Source of the DNA: Basidiobolus meristosporus CBS 931.73
Taxonomy: Eukaryota; Fungi; Basidiobolomycota
Assembly (NCBI GenBank): GCA_002104905.1
Contig: MCFE01000536.1
Coordinates: forward strand, 1-60,924
DNA: 60,924 bases
Direction: 5' to 3'
In this document: positions 13,486 to 26,276 of the stretch, one piece after another
How the letters are laid out: every line of letters starts with the position of its first letter
How positions within the stretch are numbered: position 1 is the first letter of the stretch
Notes under the pieces: generated by a model
Seen by the model: the letters and a program-made list of their open reading frames with translations, nothing else
Told to the model about the DNA's origin: nothing
Database searches by the model: none
Position numbers and translations under genes: made by a program

Positions 13486-15979
13486 ATGGGCTTGACTTCC
13501 TCAAAGGCTGTACCTCAGTTTGAAGCAGATAAGGAATTAGTTTATGACGAGCGTGATAAAGATACTCCTGATAATTGGATCCCTCGACATCCATCATTAA
13601 TAAGAACCACCGGAAACTATCCATTCAACGCGGAGCCCCCTCTGAAACGGCTTCAACAAGATGGTTACATAACCTCAACCGCGCTACATTACGTTAGAAA
13701 TCATGGTTATGTGCCTCGACTGGACTGGGATACACATACATTAGAAGTTTTTGGGTATGATTCAAATTCGTTATTACCACACTTTTTGCGCATTTTTTAG
13801 GAGTGCATTACGTGCTCGTAATATACTAAACTTCCCCATTTCGCTTAGGCTGGTTGGTTTATCCAAAACATTCACCATGGAGGAAATAGCCTCCTTTCGA
13901 AAAATAGAAATTCCAGTCACGCTATCCTGTTCAAGCAATCGCCTCAAGCAACTGATATCACAGAATTCACAAAACACCATTTGGAAAAAGGTCGCGTCTA
14001 GCACGGCAATGTGGGGAGGCGTCTATTTAAAAGATATACTAAAGAGCTGCGAAATCGATATACCAACAGAAAACGAATCTTGGTTTGTGCATTTTGAGGG
14101 CTGCGACCAACTCCCTAACGGCCTGTACGGTACCTCCATCGCCCTCTCCCATTGCTTGGATCCCGACCAGGAAATACTCTTGGCTTATGAAATAAACGGC
14201 GAACGACTAACGCCAGATCATGGATTCCCACTACGCGTCATCGCACCGGGATATATCGGTGGACGTATGGTGAAATGGCTGAAGCGTATATTTATTTCCA
14301 ACAAAGAGAGTGACAACTGGTATCACAAGCACGAGAATAGAATTGCCTTAAGCATCCCGGAGGAAATCGCTCAGGAGGACTTTCCCATCAATCAGCTCTC
14401 AACCATAGCCATGCTGTGCACTCCTTCTCACAAAGAGGTAATTCATATGACTCGAGGAGCATGTACTCTCCGAGGCTATGCATATGCTGGGGACGGGAGG
14501 AAAGTCACGGCCGTTGAGATATCCTTCGATCAAGGGCAAAGCTGGCATTCGTGCAATATCTATCCTCAGCAATGCTCCCCAAATACCAACAAGTATTGGG
14601 CATGGGCATTCTGGTCATTTACGGTTCTAACATCCGACCTCGCGCACGCGGAAGACATCCATATTCGAGTCTATCCCTTTGAATCATCTTTGCAGTTTTC
14701 CCGAAACGACTATCAGATAGCCAACATTGCTGTTGAGATAGATCGTCACCAAGATCAACTGATCCGATTTCTCCACCCGATTTCCCAAGTCGATAATTCT
14801 GGATGGCTAGAGCAAGCAACTAATCTAAAAAAGAAGCGCAATATGGACCCGCCTGATGACCATGAAGGCAGCCCTAGACTCAAGAAAAGGTGCATCATCC
14901 CTAGGCCGAAGGTATTCACAGCAGAGGATGTCGCGCGCCATTTCAAACCAGACGACGCTTGGGTATCCATCTATGGACGCGTATATGACTGTACGGATTT
15001 TATGAAAATCCATCCTGGTGGCATGGAAACCATAGCCGCCAACGCCGGGACGGATTGTTCCCGAGAATTCGGAGACATTCACTCGCCAGGCGCTATCGAG
15101 ATGTTGGAGCCTTACTGCGTTGGTCGTCTTGCCGACGCCATTCCTCATGAGCCAATCTTGGAGCCGTTTAACCCAAACGAGTTGGTTGCTCTCTCTCCAC
15201 TAAAGTACAACACCTTCCCTCTTATCGAAAAAATCACGCTGAACAAGGATACTCGTCTCTTCCGCCTTGGACTTCCTTCACCCAAGCATCGGATGGGCCT
15301 TCCTCTTGGGAAGCATATCCTACTCCGCGCCAAGATCAATGGAAGGACCACCGTGCGTGCATATACGCCCGTTTCTACCGAAGCCGATCTAGGACATCTC
15401 GATCTGGCAGTCAAAATATACTACAAAGGAATGCATCCAAAATATCCGAACGGTGGTAAGTTCTCGCAATATCTAGACTCGCTCGAAATAGGAGACACAG
15501 TAGAGGTGAAAGGCCCGATGGGGGAGTTCAATTATGATGGTCATGGTCACTATCGAGTCGAACGCAAACACCTCAAGGGGCAGGCACAAAACTTTGCTAT
15601 GATTGCTGGCGGAACTGGCCTTACCCCCATGCTGCAGCTGATTCGCGCCATCCTGAAGGACCCTTCTGATAACACCAAACTCTCTCTATTGTTCGCGAAC
15701 AAGAGCGAGGAAGATATCCTGCTTAGAGAAGAGCTGGAGCGATTGACTCGCAAATACCCCGAGCAATTAAAAGTGTGGTATACAATAGATGAAACCTACC
15801 TTTCTGAATGGCCCTACAGTACAGGCTTCATAACATACGAGATGATCCGCAATCACCTGCCGAAACCCGAAGAAAGTACTGTAGTACTAATGAGTGGACC
15901 GCCGCCCATGCTGAAGTTTACCTGCATCCCCAATCTAGAGAAACTCGGATATGATCTCGAAAAGTGTTTTACTTTCTAA
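13486..15979 (+). CDS. niaD-like: Eukaryotic assimilatory nitrate reductase-architecture protein (Moco, dimerisation, cytochrome b5, FAD/NADH domains), divergent; 2 exons, about 799 aa
   Basis: Phase-2 intron 13755-13848 joins ...HTLEVFG|LVGLSKTFTMEE. Motifs: HYVRNHG, NGERLTPDHGFPLRVIAPGYIGGRMVKWL, WAWAFW, b5 HPGG...DIHS, RAYTP, AGGTGLTPM, GPPPM. Confidence 0.9.
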
Positions 15980-16603
15980 TTTATTGTGTTGTATTGCTAC
16001 AGATGACTTTGATTGTTTGATAGATACTCCCATATTTGTTGATCTTCTTGTACATAGTATGAAACCCCTACATGCACCTCGCCCTTTCTTGTCACATATA
16101 CAAATGAATGCTTTTGCTATTTCCATTATGCTCACTATTCAATATACGTGAAGGTGCCGCGCATTATTGCCTTATGATTCGAAAAACAGAGATATAAAAG
16201 TGTCCTTTGAATCAAGGAGCCTCCCCCTCAATAATGCTCGACAGAACGCACCCATTCACCAATGCTCCGAAGGCAATGGCATGCATGGGGCGGCTGTTTG
16301 AACTAAACACGCCGAATATATGTGGCGAATGGGATTTCTTTCCTCGTGAGCGCTTCAGTTAGATGGTATTGCTGACGCGTCTCCAACAAGATGTACAGCC
16401 CCCTCCCCACCAGACAACACACTCATCCAAATTGCTGACATATCAGGAGATCTATTGACTTTAACCAAATCTAAATTACAGACGATACGAAAGATGACAG
16501 GAACGGAGAAGGGAAGTAAGCTACGGAGTGTAGGATATAAAGTGATGATATATTACAACTCAGCAGTGGAAGCGAAATCCATGCTGAGAATGTATTACCC
16601 GGT

Positions 16604-17708
16604 CTACTTTTGGCAAAGACTAGGCAATTGTGAGTACTGGTCGAGAAGCTGAGTGGATGCATCTATTTTCGAGCAATTAGCCAAAAATCATTTGCTGGGC
16701 ATATCAGATTTGAATTCACGCACCTTCAATGTCACTGAAATCCGCATCTACCAATTTCCACCAGCTGCGTCCAGAGAGGGATGGCATGCTTTCTTCCAAA
16801 AATTTGGAGGCTATGTAGAGTGCAGACGCGGCAATGATATGAGGTGGGTAGATGATACACAGTACGGTGCGCAGACTAATTCACGTAAATATCTCAGGGG
16901 AATGTCTCAGTAAAATCGCAAAATAGGTCTGCTTACCTGTCATTGATGAAAGCCCACGCGGTCTGTGCAAGCTTTTTCGAGCCTATAAATACATATCTTA
17001 GTGCTGATGGACAAACACTGTGGGGACACCGTTGCTTACCCTGAAGCTCTTTGACTAAACTAAGTAGTATTCTATATGGGTGCTCGATAGCCAACTCGAA
17101 GCAGAGAGCCTCTAACAGAACCTCTTCGTTATATAAAATGGTATCTCTCCACCTCCAAAATTCCTAAGAGGGCTTAGAATATGCTCGTTCAATCCCTGTA
17201 TTAGAAGTATATAAACTACCTTCGAGTCTTCCTCTAGAATCAGCTTATCGTTTTTCTGAGCCTTCTGGGCACATACAATAATGATGTCGCGTAATTTCCG
17301 CCCCGTTTCCTCAATTTTGGCGGCAAGTAAAATGCAAGTGGCACCGATGTCCTGGAGAAAACAATCAATTTAAAGCCTACTTGAGGACCGATAGGGTCGA
17401 AGTCTTACATAATAATGGAATTCCTTCAAAGAGTGTCGAACATAAAATCGATGGAAGTAAACAGTGGCAGTTGCAAGGGTGGACTGCGGCCTTCGCAGGG
17501 TAAGAATAGTGAGTATTTCGTTATGGCAACAAATATACACAAGCTTGACCTACAATTTTAGAGTCATTCCAACATTCAAAATAAAATTACATCCTTTGGC
17601 ACGATCGATAATCTCTTTTTCATAGGAGATGCCATCAAAAGAGGACGGTGTTTTATAAAGCTCCTCTTTCTTGAAGTACCATTGCAAAGAACGGGATGAC
17701 ATGGTCAT
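16604..17708 (-). CDS. Transcriptional cyclin (Pch1 / cyclin K-T family), about 7 short exons, not visible in the ORF track
   Basis: Manual splicing gives MTMSSRSLQWYFKKEELYKTPSSFDGISYEKEIIDRAKGCNFILNVGMTLKL|PQSTLATATVYFHRFYVRHSLKEFHYY|DIGATCILLAAKIEETGRKLRDII...|EFWRWRDTILYNEEVLLEALCFELAIEHPY...|SKKLAQTAWAFINDS|LRTVLCIIYPPHIIAASALYIA...WW, stop at 16604-16606. Confidence 0.9.
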
Positions 17709-18280
17709 TTAGAGGTCTGAACAGTGTCGCTGCTTCACCTAAACAAGGACTGCATTTTGGATATTGTACGTGGTAAAGTGGGACCACTTTTTTTTCTTCC
17801 ATAGGAGGAAAAAAAATCTCGGTTACTACTAAATTGTTTACTAATCAGAAAGTTACAGGAACAACTGCATAAGCTCATCAAAATTCGAGAAATCGGCATA
17901 TGTTGGTTGGAATTCACGATGCAGAGATAACATCAGAGTACAACATTTCCAGAAATACTGAGGTAATACATTTACTTGGTGGCCATGGTATTGAGGACCA
18001 CAACAGTATACAGATCCATTGTTGCTAATCTACCTGATCGATGCCCAAACCCTGATTGAACTGGATGATAGAAATATACCCAGATATATCACCCACGACG
18101 CAAAATACATGCATGATTTGTCGTTCTCTCGATTCAACTGCCTGTAACGAAGACTGACCAATGCTAGGAAACAAGGTTTACCATGTATGGGGAGACCCTG
18201 GGAGAGTGTACATTATAATCCGACAATTTTTATTAATTAGTGGGATCTGATCTAGTGTTCTAACAACAATAGGTATGGAT

Positions 18281-18863
18281 TTATTGAGTCTTGTTCATCT
18301 CATCGATGACAGCGTTGGCCTTGGTAGTAACTTTACCGAACATGGCATCAAGGCACCCCTCGTGCTTCAAGAAAGCTGGGCGAAGGAAGTTCTTATAAAC
18401 GTATTGGGCACCCATGAATTGGGGAAGAAGCAACCAAAGCAAGGCAGCCAGCTTGAAGAGGTAATAGAATGGGAACCAGTACAACAGGGCGTCAGCAAAG
18501 TATTCGGCAATGTTGACGAAACCGTACACAGTCCAGTAGGTAAGCCATTGGGTGTCGTCCTCCTTGTCGCGGGATTCAATGGCCTTGAAAGAGGCGTAAG
18601 CTAGAAAAACGAAAACTCATAAGGTTAGAATGAGAGGGAGAGTTGGTATATGCCAACAGAAACTTACCGGGATAAACCCAACCAACGACATTAGTAAGAA
18701 GGGAGGCGGCGATGTTGAGGAAAACGAATAGGACAAAGACAAAGCCGATACCGGCGACAGCGTAGGTCTTATGGATTCCAGTCTTTTGCTCTACCTTTTG
18801 GAAGATAGGATACTTGGAAAGCTCTTGATCAAGCAAGTTCTGGTAGTGTTGGACCTTATCCAT
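18281..18863 (-). CDS. YOP1: ER-shaping protein Yop1/REEP5 (TB2/DP1/HVA22 family), 2 exons
   Basis: MDKVQHY...GWVYP|AYASFKAIES..KEDDTQWLTYWTVYG...WFPFYYLFK...LPQFMGA, the family signature motifs. Confidence 0.93.
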
Positions 18864-20669
18864 TTGAATGGAGTGTAGTGTGAAGAAACAAGTGTAGGAT
18901 AATGGTCCAAGCAGAAAATTTTGAAATTTATACCAGTTTTTCCGAGGGCAATTACCATGGCTTATGACAAGATCTACAAGAAACGTTAACCCCGTCAGTT
19001 CCAATTATACGGAGTCAATTAGATTTGCTATCTCAAGAAATTGTAGCACCGCCTGCTTCCAATTCTGGATAAATCATAGCTGGACCTGATTGTTTTGATT
19101 CTAGCTACGTTTGTTTGTTCAGATAAGCCTTGATGTGCGAAGATGCAACCACAAGAGTTGCATTGTCTCGTAGGAGATCAGGTTCCTGGAAATGATACAT
19201 CGGTGCGCACAGAGAGAAGGAGTAATGCGTTCTTCAATACTGACATCGTTGGTCGGGTTGCGGTGGACTTTGAATATCATGTAGTTTTGTAATACTAAAA
19301 GCCGATCAAACAGGTTGCTAGCGAATTTTCTGATCACCAATTTTCACGTGAAAGTGGTCAATGGAAGGGTATCCACAAAGGCTATAGGTCCAATGTGACC
19401 AATATGGTAACGGTGGGAGATACCATCATCTTGATATATATACATGAGGGAGATAACCGTTGTAGTCGTAAACAGATTGCCTGGTAGATTCACCATGGAA
19501 CCGCCTGGCAGTACTACACTAATATGGTTATATTTCAGATGGGTTTACCTATACCCTGCTATTAATAATAATAATCCTTGGGAACCTGTCCGATTGGACC
19601 GCAGTCTCATAAGCCGGGTAACGCGAAATCTATGCAAAATAGCCATTCATGTTAAGGAGGGTTAGGTTTCCATTAATGACCAGTCTGGGTAGGCGCTGCC
19701 AATGCTTCAGCGAAACTTATCAGAGCCTCCAGAATCCATGCTCCCATACTGACCTTAGAAGCTGTGAAGAATATTGCTCAAGATGTGCATACAACATAAA
19801 AAATAGATTCAATTGGCTGGATGATTGAGGAGACCCGTAATATGTGGGTGTCACAAAATTGCAGTAACATACAGGGCCGTCACCAGTGAAATCAGCCCGG
19901 TGGGTTTTGTGCACACACTTATACCGGTCTAAGGAAATGCATATCAGGTGTTTGTCACGTCTGATTCGATACCTTCATGGGATCTTGCGATTTTCATATC
20001 CAACAGACCTTGACTATGAGAACTCCTCGTTTCTCACGGAGGTATGTAAATGTCGCACTGGATTTCATAAATCGGGCTTGATTTGCAGATTGGATTCAAC
20101 CTGCACGATCTCGTCCATCCTGATTAATCTTATTCCAAATTGATTAACCTAGTTACATTAGGGATTACTTCACCACTTTACAAATTAGATTTGATATTCG
20201 AAGCTGGTCATCTAGTTCAGATCAAATATTACACCAACGGAATGGCCACTTGAAAGATGGTCTCATTGATCATTGCTTTAGCACTGCAGAAATATATGAC
20301 GAGCGGACGTTTTTCTGAATTGATTCACCTAAACGATCTTTTCCAATATAGTTAGCAATTACAAGGAGTCACTAATTCAAGTCTCATATACTGCACTGAT
20401 ACAGATATACGTATGATTGCGGCAATGCTAGTGGCAAATATAGTAAGACAGAGGGGCGGTAGGTATTGTTGAATGCTCTGATCGACAAATTTAGAAATTC
20501 CAAGACTTCGACAGTGTTCTAAAGTAAATAATTAGATCGGTAATTTGATGAGCTTTGATTGGAGTAACTCATTCCTACATTTCCCTGATCTAGGAGATTT
20601 CATAAAGGAAATTCTTGTTACTTGGCTCACTTGTCTAATTTCACTGCTTTTCATGAATTTGACTGTGAC

Positions 20670-23600
20670 ATGAACGCCGTGAAAGAAGCTTACATGAAGC
20701 CGAACGAATTTAATAAAACAAGGAGCTCTTCATATCATTCAAGCGCTCCTAAGAATGTTGACTCGGCGTACAATAAGTTCATGAGTTCTCTTGGGTTAAA
20801 CCCGCCAAACAAACTCTCTTCAAAGAGCTCGATTGCCAAAACAAAAGATACTTACGATGGCCAAAATATGGAAGCGCTATCTACAACCTCTTCTGATAGA
20901 AGATCCAAGTTGAATGTAGAAAGAGCCAATCTGTGCTTTCAATCTCGGCGAAGTAGTCCCCCTAGACACCTTACGCAAAAGAACTATTCCACCGAATTAT
21001 CATCCCCACGTAATGGTTCGAAGAATACATTTCAAGCAAAAGGTAAGTTTGGTTTCTCTATATTTGAATATTTGATATGTTGATACATTAATGCGGATCC
21101 CTCACTTCAGTTGAAGAGCCTCTCAAGCTCAAAAGTAAGCGTGTCGAAAGTGCATCTCTTGCAACTGAGGGAAAAGCTCGCGACAAACGCTTGCGTCACG
21201 AACACAGACCCCATCAGGGTGTACCCGATCGGGAAACACAAACAAATAACGCGCTTTCAAAAAATAGCGGTGGTATAGGAGAACCTGTTTTTAGTACCAA
21301 TATCACTAAATCATCCGCAAGCTCCAGGAAAAACAATCAATTATCAACCACACGATTCGAAAAACACGAACACACAGCCACTTCTAAACAGAACCTTGAT
21401 ACACCTAAGCAAAGAGTTGTGACTGAAATCAAAACCTTTACACAGGTAGTTTCCCCAGCTAGCGTGTCACGTGAGGACCCTTTGGCCGCCTACTTTAATC
21501 GTAAAGATCAATACAAAGTCGTGGTGAAAAAGAAATTGGTTGAAGTTCCACCATCTTCGAATGACGAACCCAAGGAGAAGGCGTCACAGGATCGATCGAA
21601 AGGGCATGAGTTAGGTTTTGCTCAAAGAACTCCTTCGAAATCCATCAATGCGCAGTACTCATTTTCGGCCAAGGATGATCATATTTCTAGATCTCCAACC
21701 AAATCCAAACGTAATTATGAGGAATATACCCATACAAAAGATAAAATACGGAAAGTCAGTCGTGAGCAGAGCGCTGGGAAAACTACAGAAAAAGTCAGCG
21801 AGGTTGTATCTGTCACTAACACGTCGGGTTCCACACCGAAAAGCAGGTCCCGTAGTAGCCAGGTAAATGACCCATCTGATGATGACGCCGAATACAACTC
21901 CAGCAGTATTTCGAAAATCCCATCAGATGACAACAAAGCGACACTTGTTGAAGAACGCTCGAAATCACGTCGCGATGTCCTGTCAAAACATACTTTAGAT
22001 GATGAGAGGTTAGGGTCTCCAATACCGGTTAGTGGGACGAAATCAGTCCCAGCTTCTTCGATACCTGCTAGCGCGCATGATGAAACTAAACCTGTCACTT
22101 TGGAGCAAAAGCGCGAAATTACTCTAATTGGAGAACGTAGTAATCTGTCAAAGAAGTCATCTCAGGGTGTAAAGCAGAGTCGGCCAACCAGGGAGATGTC
22201 TTCCTCGACTGATTCTTCTACACCAACTTTATCAAATCAGGATGGCCAACCCGCATCAGACGATTCCTTGAGAAAAGAGAATTCAACCTCCCATAATTCA
22301 CAAGAATCGGCCAGTCGGAGTAACCTTGATACAAATATTCAAAGGGATCTCGAGGACTGCGACAAGACCAATGTTCAATCCTCAGAAAAACATGAAGATA
22401 GCCTTGAGGCTTTGGACATCATAAAAGATGCTGGTCCACGAGACTCCAACGACTTGCCTATCACCAATGGTATACGGCACCAGTCTCCTTCATTAAACTC
22501 CGTTGATAGCTCTACCCTGGAAGCTTCAAGCGAGTCAGCTAGTCTTCAAAGGGCCGAGCACTCGAAATTGCCATCAGAAAGAACAAACTCGGCAGTCCAG
22601 GTTTCATCCAATTCCGAACCCCAGAGTGAAAGAACTACGGCCTCGTGTAAGCACACTGCTTCAATGCCACCTAAACATCATGGTGTTGAAGCGCAAACAC
22701 AGCCAGACAAGGGCCTTAATAAGCAAAATGATGCAAATCACCAAGTGTCAAGCGATGAAGCTAAAAAATCAATACCAGTGTTGCGTGGAGCTGAAAAAGC
22801 AGTGCGAGATGCCATCGAAACATACAAAAAATGTATGGGGTTGCTTGTTGGTAGTTATCTCCGTTGTTTCTAATACGAGCCTTTGTTTTTTAGACTTCAA
22901 GGATAGTAGCTTTGAAAACTTATCGAAAATGAAGAATGCAGTTCCCAGAATCATATTGGAACTTCCAGCTGAGGGAGTCAGGGAGGTGTAAGTAGTTGCA
23001 TGGTTGCTATTGTATCTCCTGTGCTTATTGACTTATTTTGGTAATGGCACATAGTTATCCATTGATGATACCTATCAAGCCTGGAACTCGCGATGAGGAG
23101 GACAAAGAGGAATATAACCCTATTACTGATCTTATATCGACTGTTGAGGTGATCGTAGACCATATGCTTTCGGAAAACTTGGCTTCCCATTTTGGTGATG
23201 AAAAAGAAGGTGTAATACGTAACTTGAAGAAGGCAAGAAATAGAAAGGAGGGGTTAGAGTTCGTGTCAGCTGTCCGGGATTTCAATGTGTTGATGCGAAA
23301 GTTCAAAGAGTCAGGCCAGATGCAGGCATGTGCAAAGCGAATCAAGGTCCCCTCAATCGAGCTTAGTAGCCATATCCTGTACCAAGTATACAGTCGAACT
23401 GTGGCCCCCCAGGCTGATAGCCTTAAAGAATACGAAGGTCAGTTAGATTGGAGCAGTTATTTTTGTGGCGTATTATTCATATCCCGCAGCTTTTTCGAAC
23501 CAGGTATATGGTGAGATCAACCCAATTCTGATATCGGAGTTTATTGAAAGAACCGGAATCCAGTCCAATCACGTTTTCCTTGACATGGGTTGTGGTATTG

Positions 23601-24221
23601 GCAATGTGGTATTACAAGTTGCTGCTCAGACGGGATGTGAATCTCATGGAATTGAAATCATGGACATCCCTGCTCGTCTAGCCAAGCTTCAGCTAAGAGA
23701 ATTCAAGGCTAGGATGAGGTAAGTTTGTGTGTGTATTCTGGCAGTAAATTTTGTCAACATATTCAAACATTGTCATCTCCAGATATTATCATATTTCCCA
23801 TGGGCATGTCAATATCCTACATGGCGATTTTCTAGAATCACCCGAGATTGTTGATATATTGCGGCGGGTCGACGTTGTATTAGTTAACAACTATGCGTTC
23901 GACAGTGATCTTAACCAGCGCCTACTTCAGCTCTTCTTGGACCTAAAAGAAGGAACCAAAATCATAACCCTCAAAAGCTATGTTCCGCTTGATCACAAGA
24001 TTACACTTCGAAATGCGGCTAGTGTTGAAAGTATTCTAACGGTGCAGCGATATCCCTATTGGAGTGAGTCTGTTAGTTGGACAAATAACGGTGGAGAGTA
24101 TTTTATTCATACTGTTGATCGGAAACCACTTCACGAGTTCTGGAAACAAGTTGAAGAAAATGGAGGAATTGATGCTGCTGCTGAGGGCCCGGTTCGACGG
24201 ACTACTCGTTCCAGGAAGTAG
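20670..24221 (+). CDS. DOT1: Histone H3K79 methyltransferase Dot1 with a long low-complexity N-terminus, multi-exon
   Basis: C-terminal exons contain VYGEI, VFLDMGCGIGNVVLQVAAQTGCESHGIE, VVLVNNYAF, LKEGTKIITLK and VSWT. Intron 21043-21110 links the N-terminal ORFs. Confidence 0.9.
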
Positions 24222-24724
24222 CATCATTTCATTCATCTCACATTCGCCATCATTGTCTAGTACGCTCAGAAATTACGCAAATCCCAATATTCCCAAGCAT
24301 TATTCTTCATGTACCTTTTATTCCATTTTCATCCTGACATACTTGCCAATTAGATTTTGATTTCATTGTATCCATATTTCCTCTAAACAGATTTGTTTAT
24401 TTACAACAGGTTAGACAAACTGAGCTACCCCAAATCCCACCAGACCAACTGCTTAATAAAGATCACACACGCAAACAGACTTTTAGAAGTCACTTAAAGA
24501 GGCTTTTGCATTAGCGTGGCGCAAGTTCCTCTCTTTGTTGTTTACAGGCCTTACATTAACAACATCAGGGCTATCTGTGGTACGCTTCATAGAAAGCTTC
24601 GCCCACGCTCCCATAGCATTCAGAATAATTGTACATGATAATGACGATGATGAAAGAATATTTAATGCAAATGTCATGAATGACCAGTGGTTGCGAACAA
24701 AGCACCACCAAGCAAGTGGATCTA

Positions 24725-26276
24725 CTACATCAAACCAGTGACTTTGAATACTTTTGTCAAGTTTTTCTTTGCAATCGCGGCAGCCTTGGCCTCTCCCTGC
24801 AACAGGACGTTTTCTACATACTGCGGGTCCTTTTCCAATCGCTTCATTTCTGCTTGGATAGGGGCCAGAGTTTGCACTAGCACCTCTGCCAAATCCTCCT
24901 TGAATTTGGCGTTGTTGGATTCACAGTGTATCTCGCACAGCTCCTCAACACTCTTTCCACTGATTCCAGAGTAGATGCGCAGAAGGTTCGCCAACTCGGG
25001 TCTCTGCTCCGGTTGGTATGTAATGCCAGAGATCGAGTCCGTGGTCGCTTTGCGGATTTTACGTACGATTACATCGGCAGGATCATTCAAATTGATGCGA
25101 GTATTATCCGACGGATCGGATTTGGACATCTTCGAGCTTGCGTTTCTTAGGGACATGACCCGTCTGGTTTGAGCTGTGAAGAGAAGGGAGCGAGCCTGTG
25201 TGAGTCTGAGGAATCTGGGGCCATTTGCATGTGGACTTACTCAAGATTGGCTGGGGTAGATTGAATACCTCCTTCTGGTAACGGTGATTGAATGTGGTAG
25301 CGATATCTCTCGCCAACTCCAAGTGTTGTAATTGATCCTCACCAACTGGAACATGCGTGGCGCTGTGGGAGAATGGTGCCCGAGTTTGTTAGCTTCTGTA
25401 CTTATGGGCCAAATGAACAGGATCGACTCACTTGTATACAAGTATATCCGAGGCCATGAGTACAGGGTATGCGAAAAGACCAAGCTGTAACCCTGCCGAC
25501 GCGTCAACTTCAGTGATCGATTGGATTCCTTTAGAAAGTTGAAGTTTACTCTAGGTGAGGGGCGTCAGTACTTCGAAGGGGGGGGGATCCGAGTATTCAT
25601 ACGTGGGCTAATATCTACCTTCCACTGGGTCATTCTTGTCAACCAACTAACAGGAGTCATGCAGGTCAACAACCAAGTGAGTTCTGCATGTTGGGTAACC
25701 TATACATTCAAGGTGAATATTCCTTGCCCCAAGCCAAGTGAAGCTACGAGGATACTGACTCGGGATTGTCTAAACAAAACCACTCGGTTGACATCAATAC
25801 CGCACGCCAGCAGAGCAATCGCCGAGTTTTTGATACTTTTACGAAGGGCTACCGGGTCTTGGGGTAGTGTTATGGCGTGCAAGTCCACGATACTGTAAAG
25901 GACGTTGGCACTTTTCTTGTCCATATCTTCCGCGAACGGCAGTGGTGCATATTCATCCTGTAACTTCACCCAATTGGCAACGGCACCCAGGTAGTTTCCC
26001 AGGTGAAGAGAGCCAGTGGGCTGAATACCAGACAAGACTGTGCGCTCCTTTGGCTCGGGTGGGCTAGTCAAGGTGCTTGATAACCGGACAGGCTAAACAG
26101 TATCGAGGGATAGGCGATAGATATATGGGTTATTACGAAGCCTCTTGGAGGGGGGACAGGAAGGAGGGGCGACTTGTAGCGCAACTTGCCTGTGCTTTCT
26201 TTAAACCGCACACGGCCAACTTGGCCAGGTCGGCGTTCGCGAGAGATAAAGCTCCTCGAAGAGTACCAATACTCAT
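24725..26276 (-). CDS. MSW1: Mitochondrial tryptophanyl-tRNA synthetase, multi-exon
   Basis: [23 protein letters not shown] (HIGH-like), SIVDLHAIT and KMSKSDP (KMSKS). The N-terminal targeting-like exon starts at ATG 26276. Confidence 0.92.
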
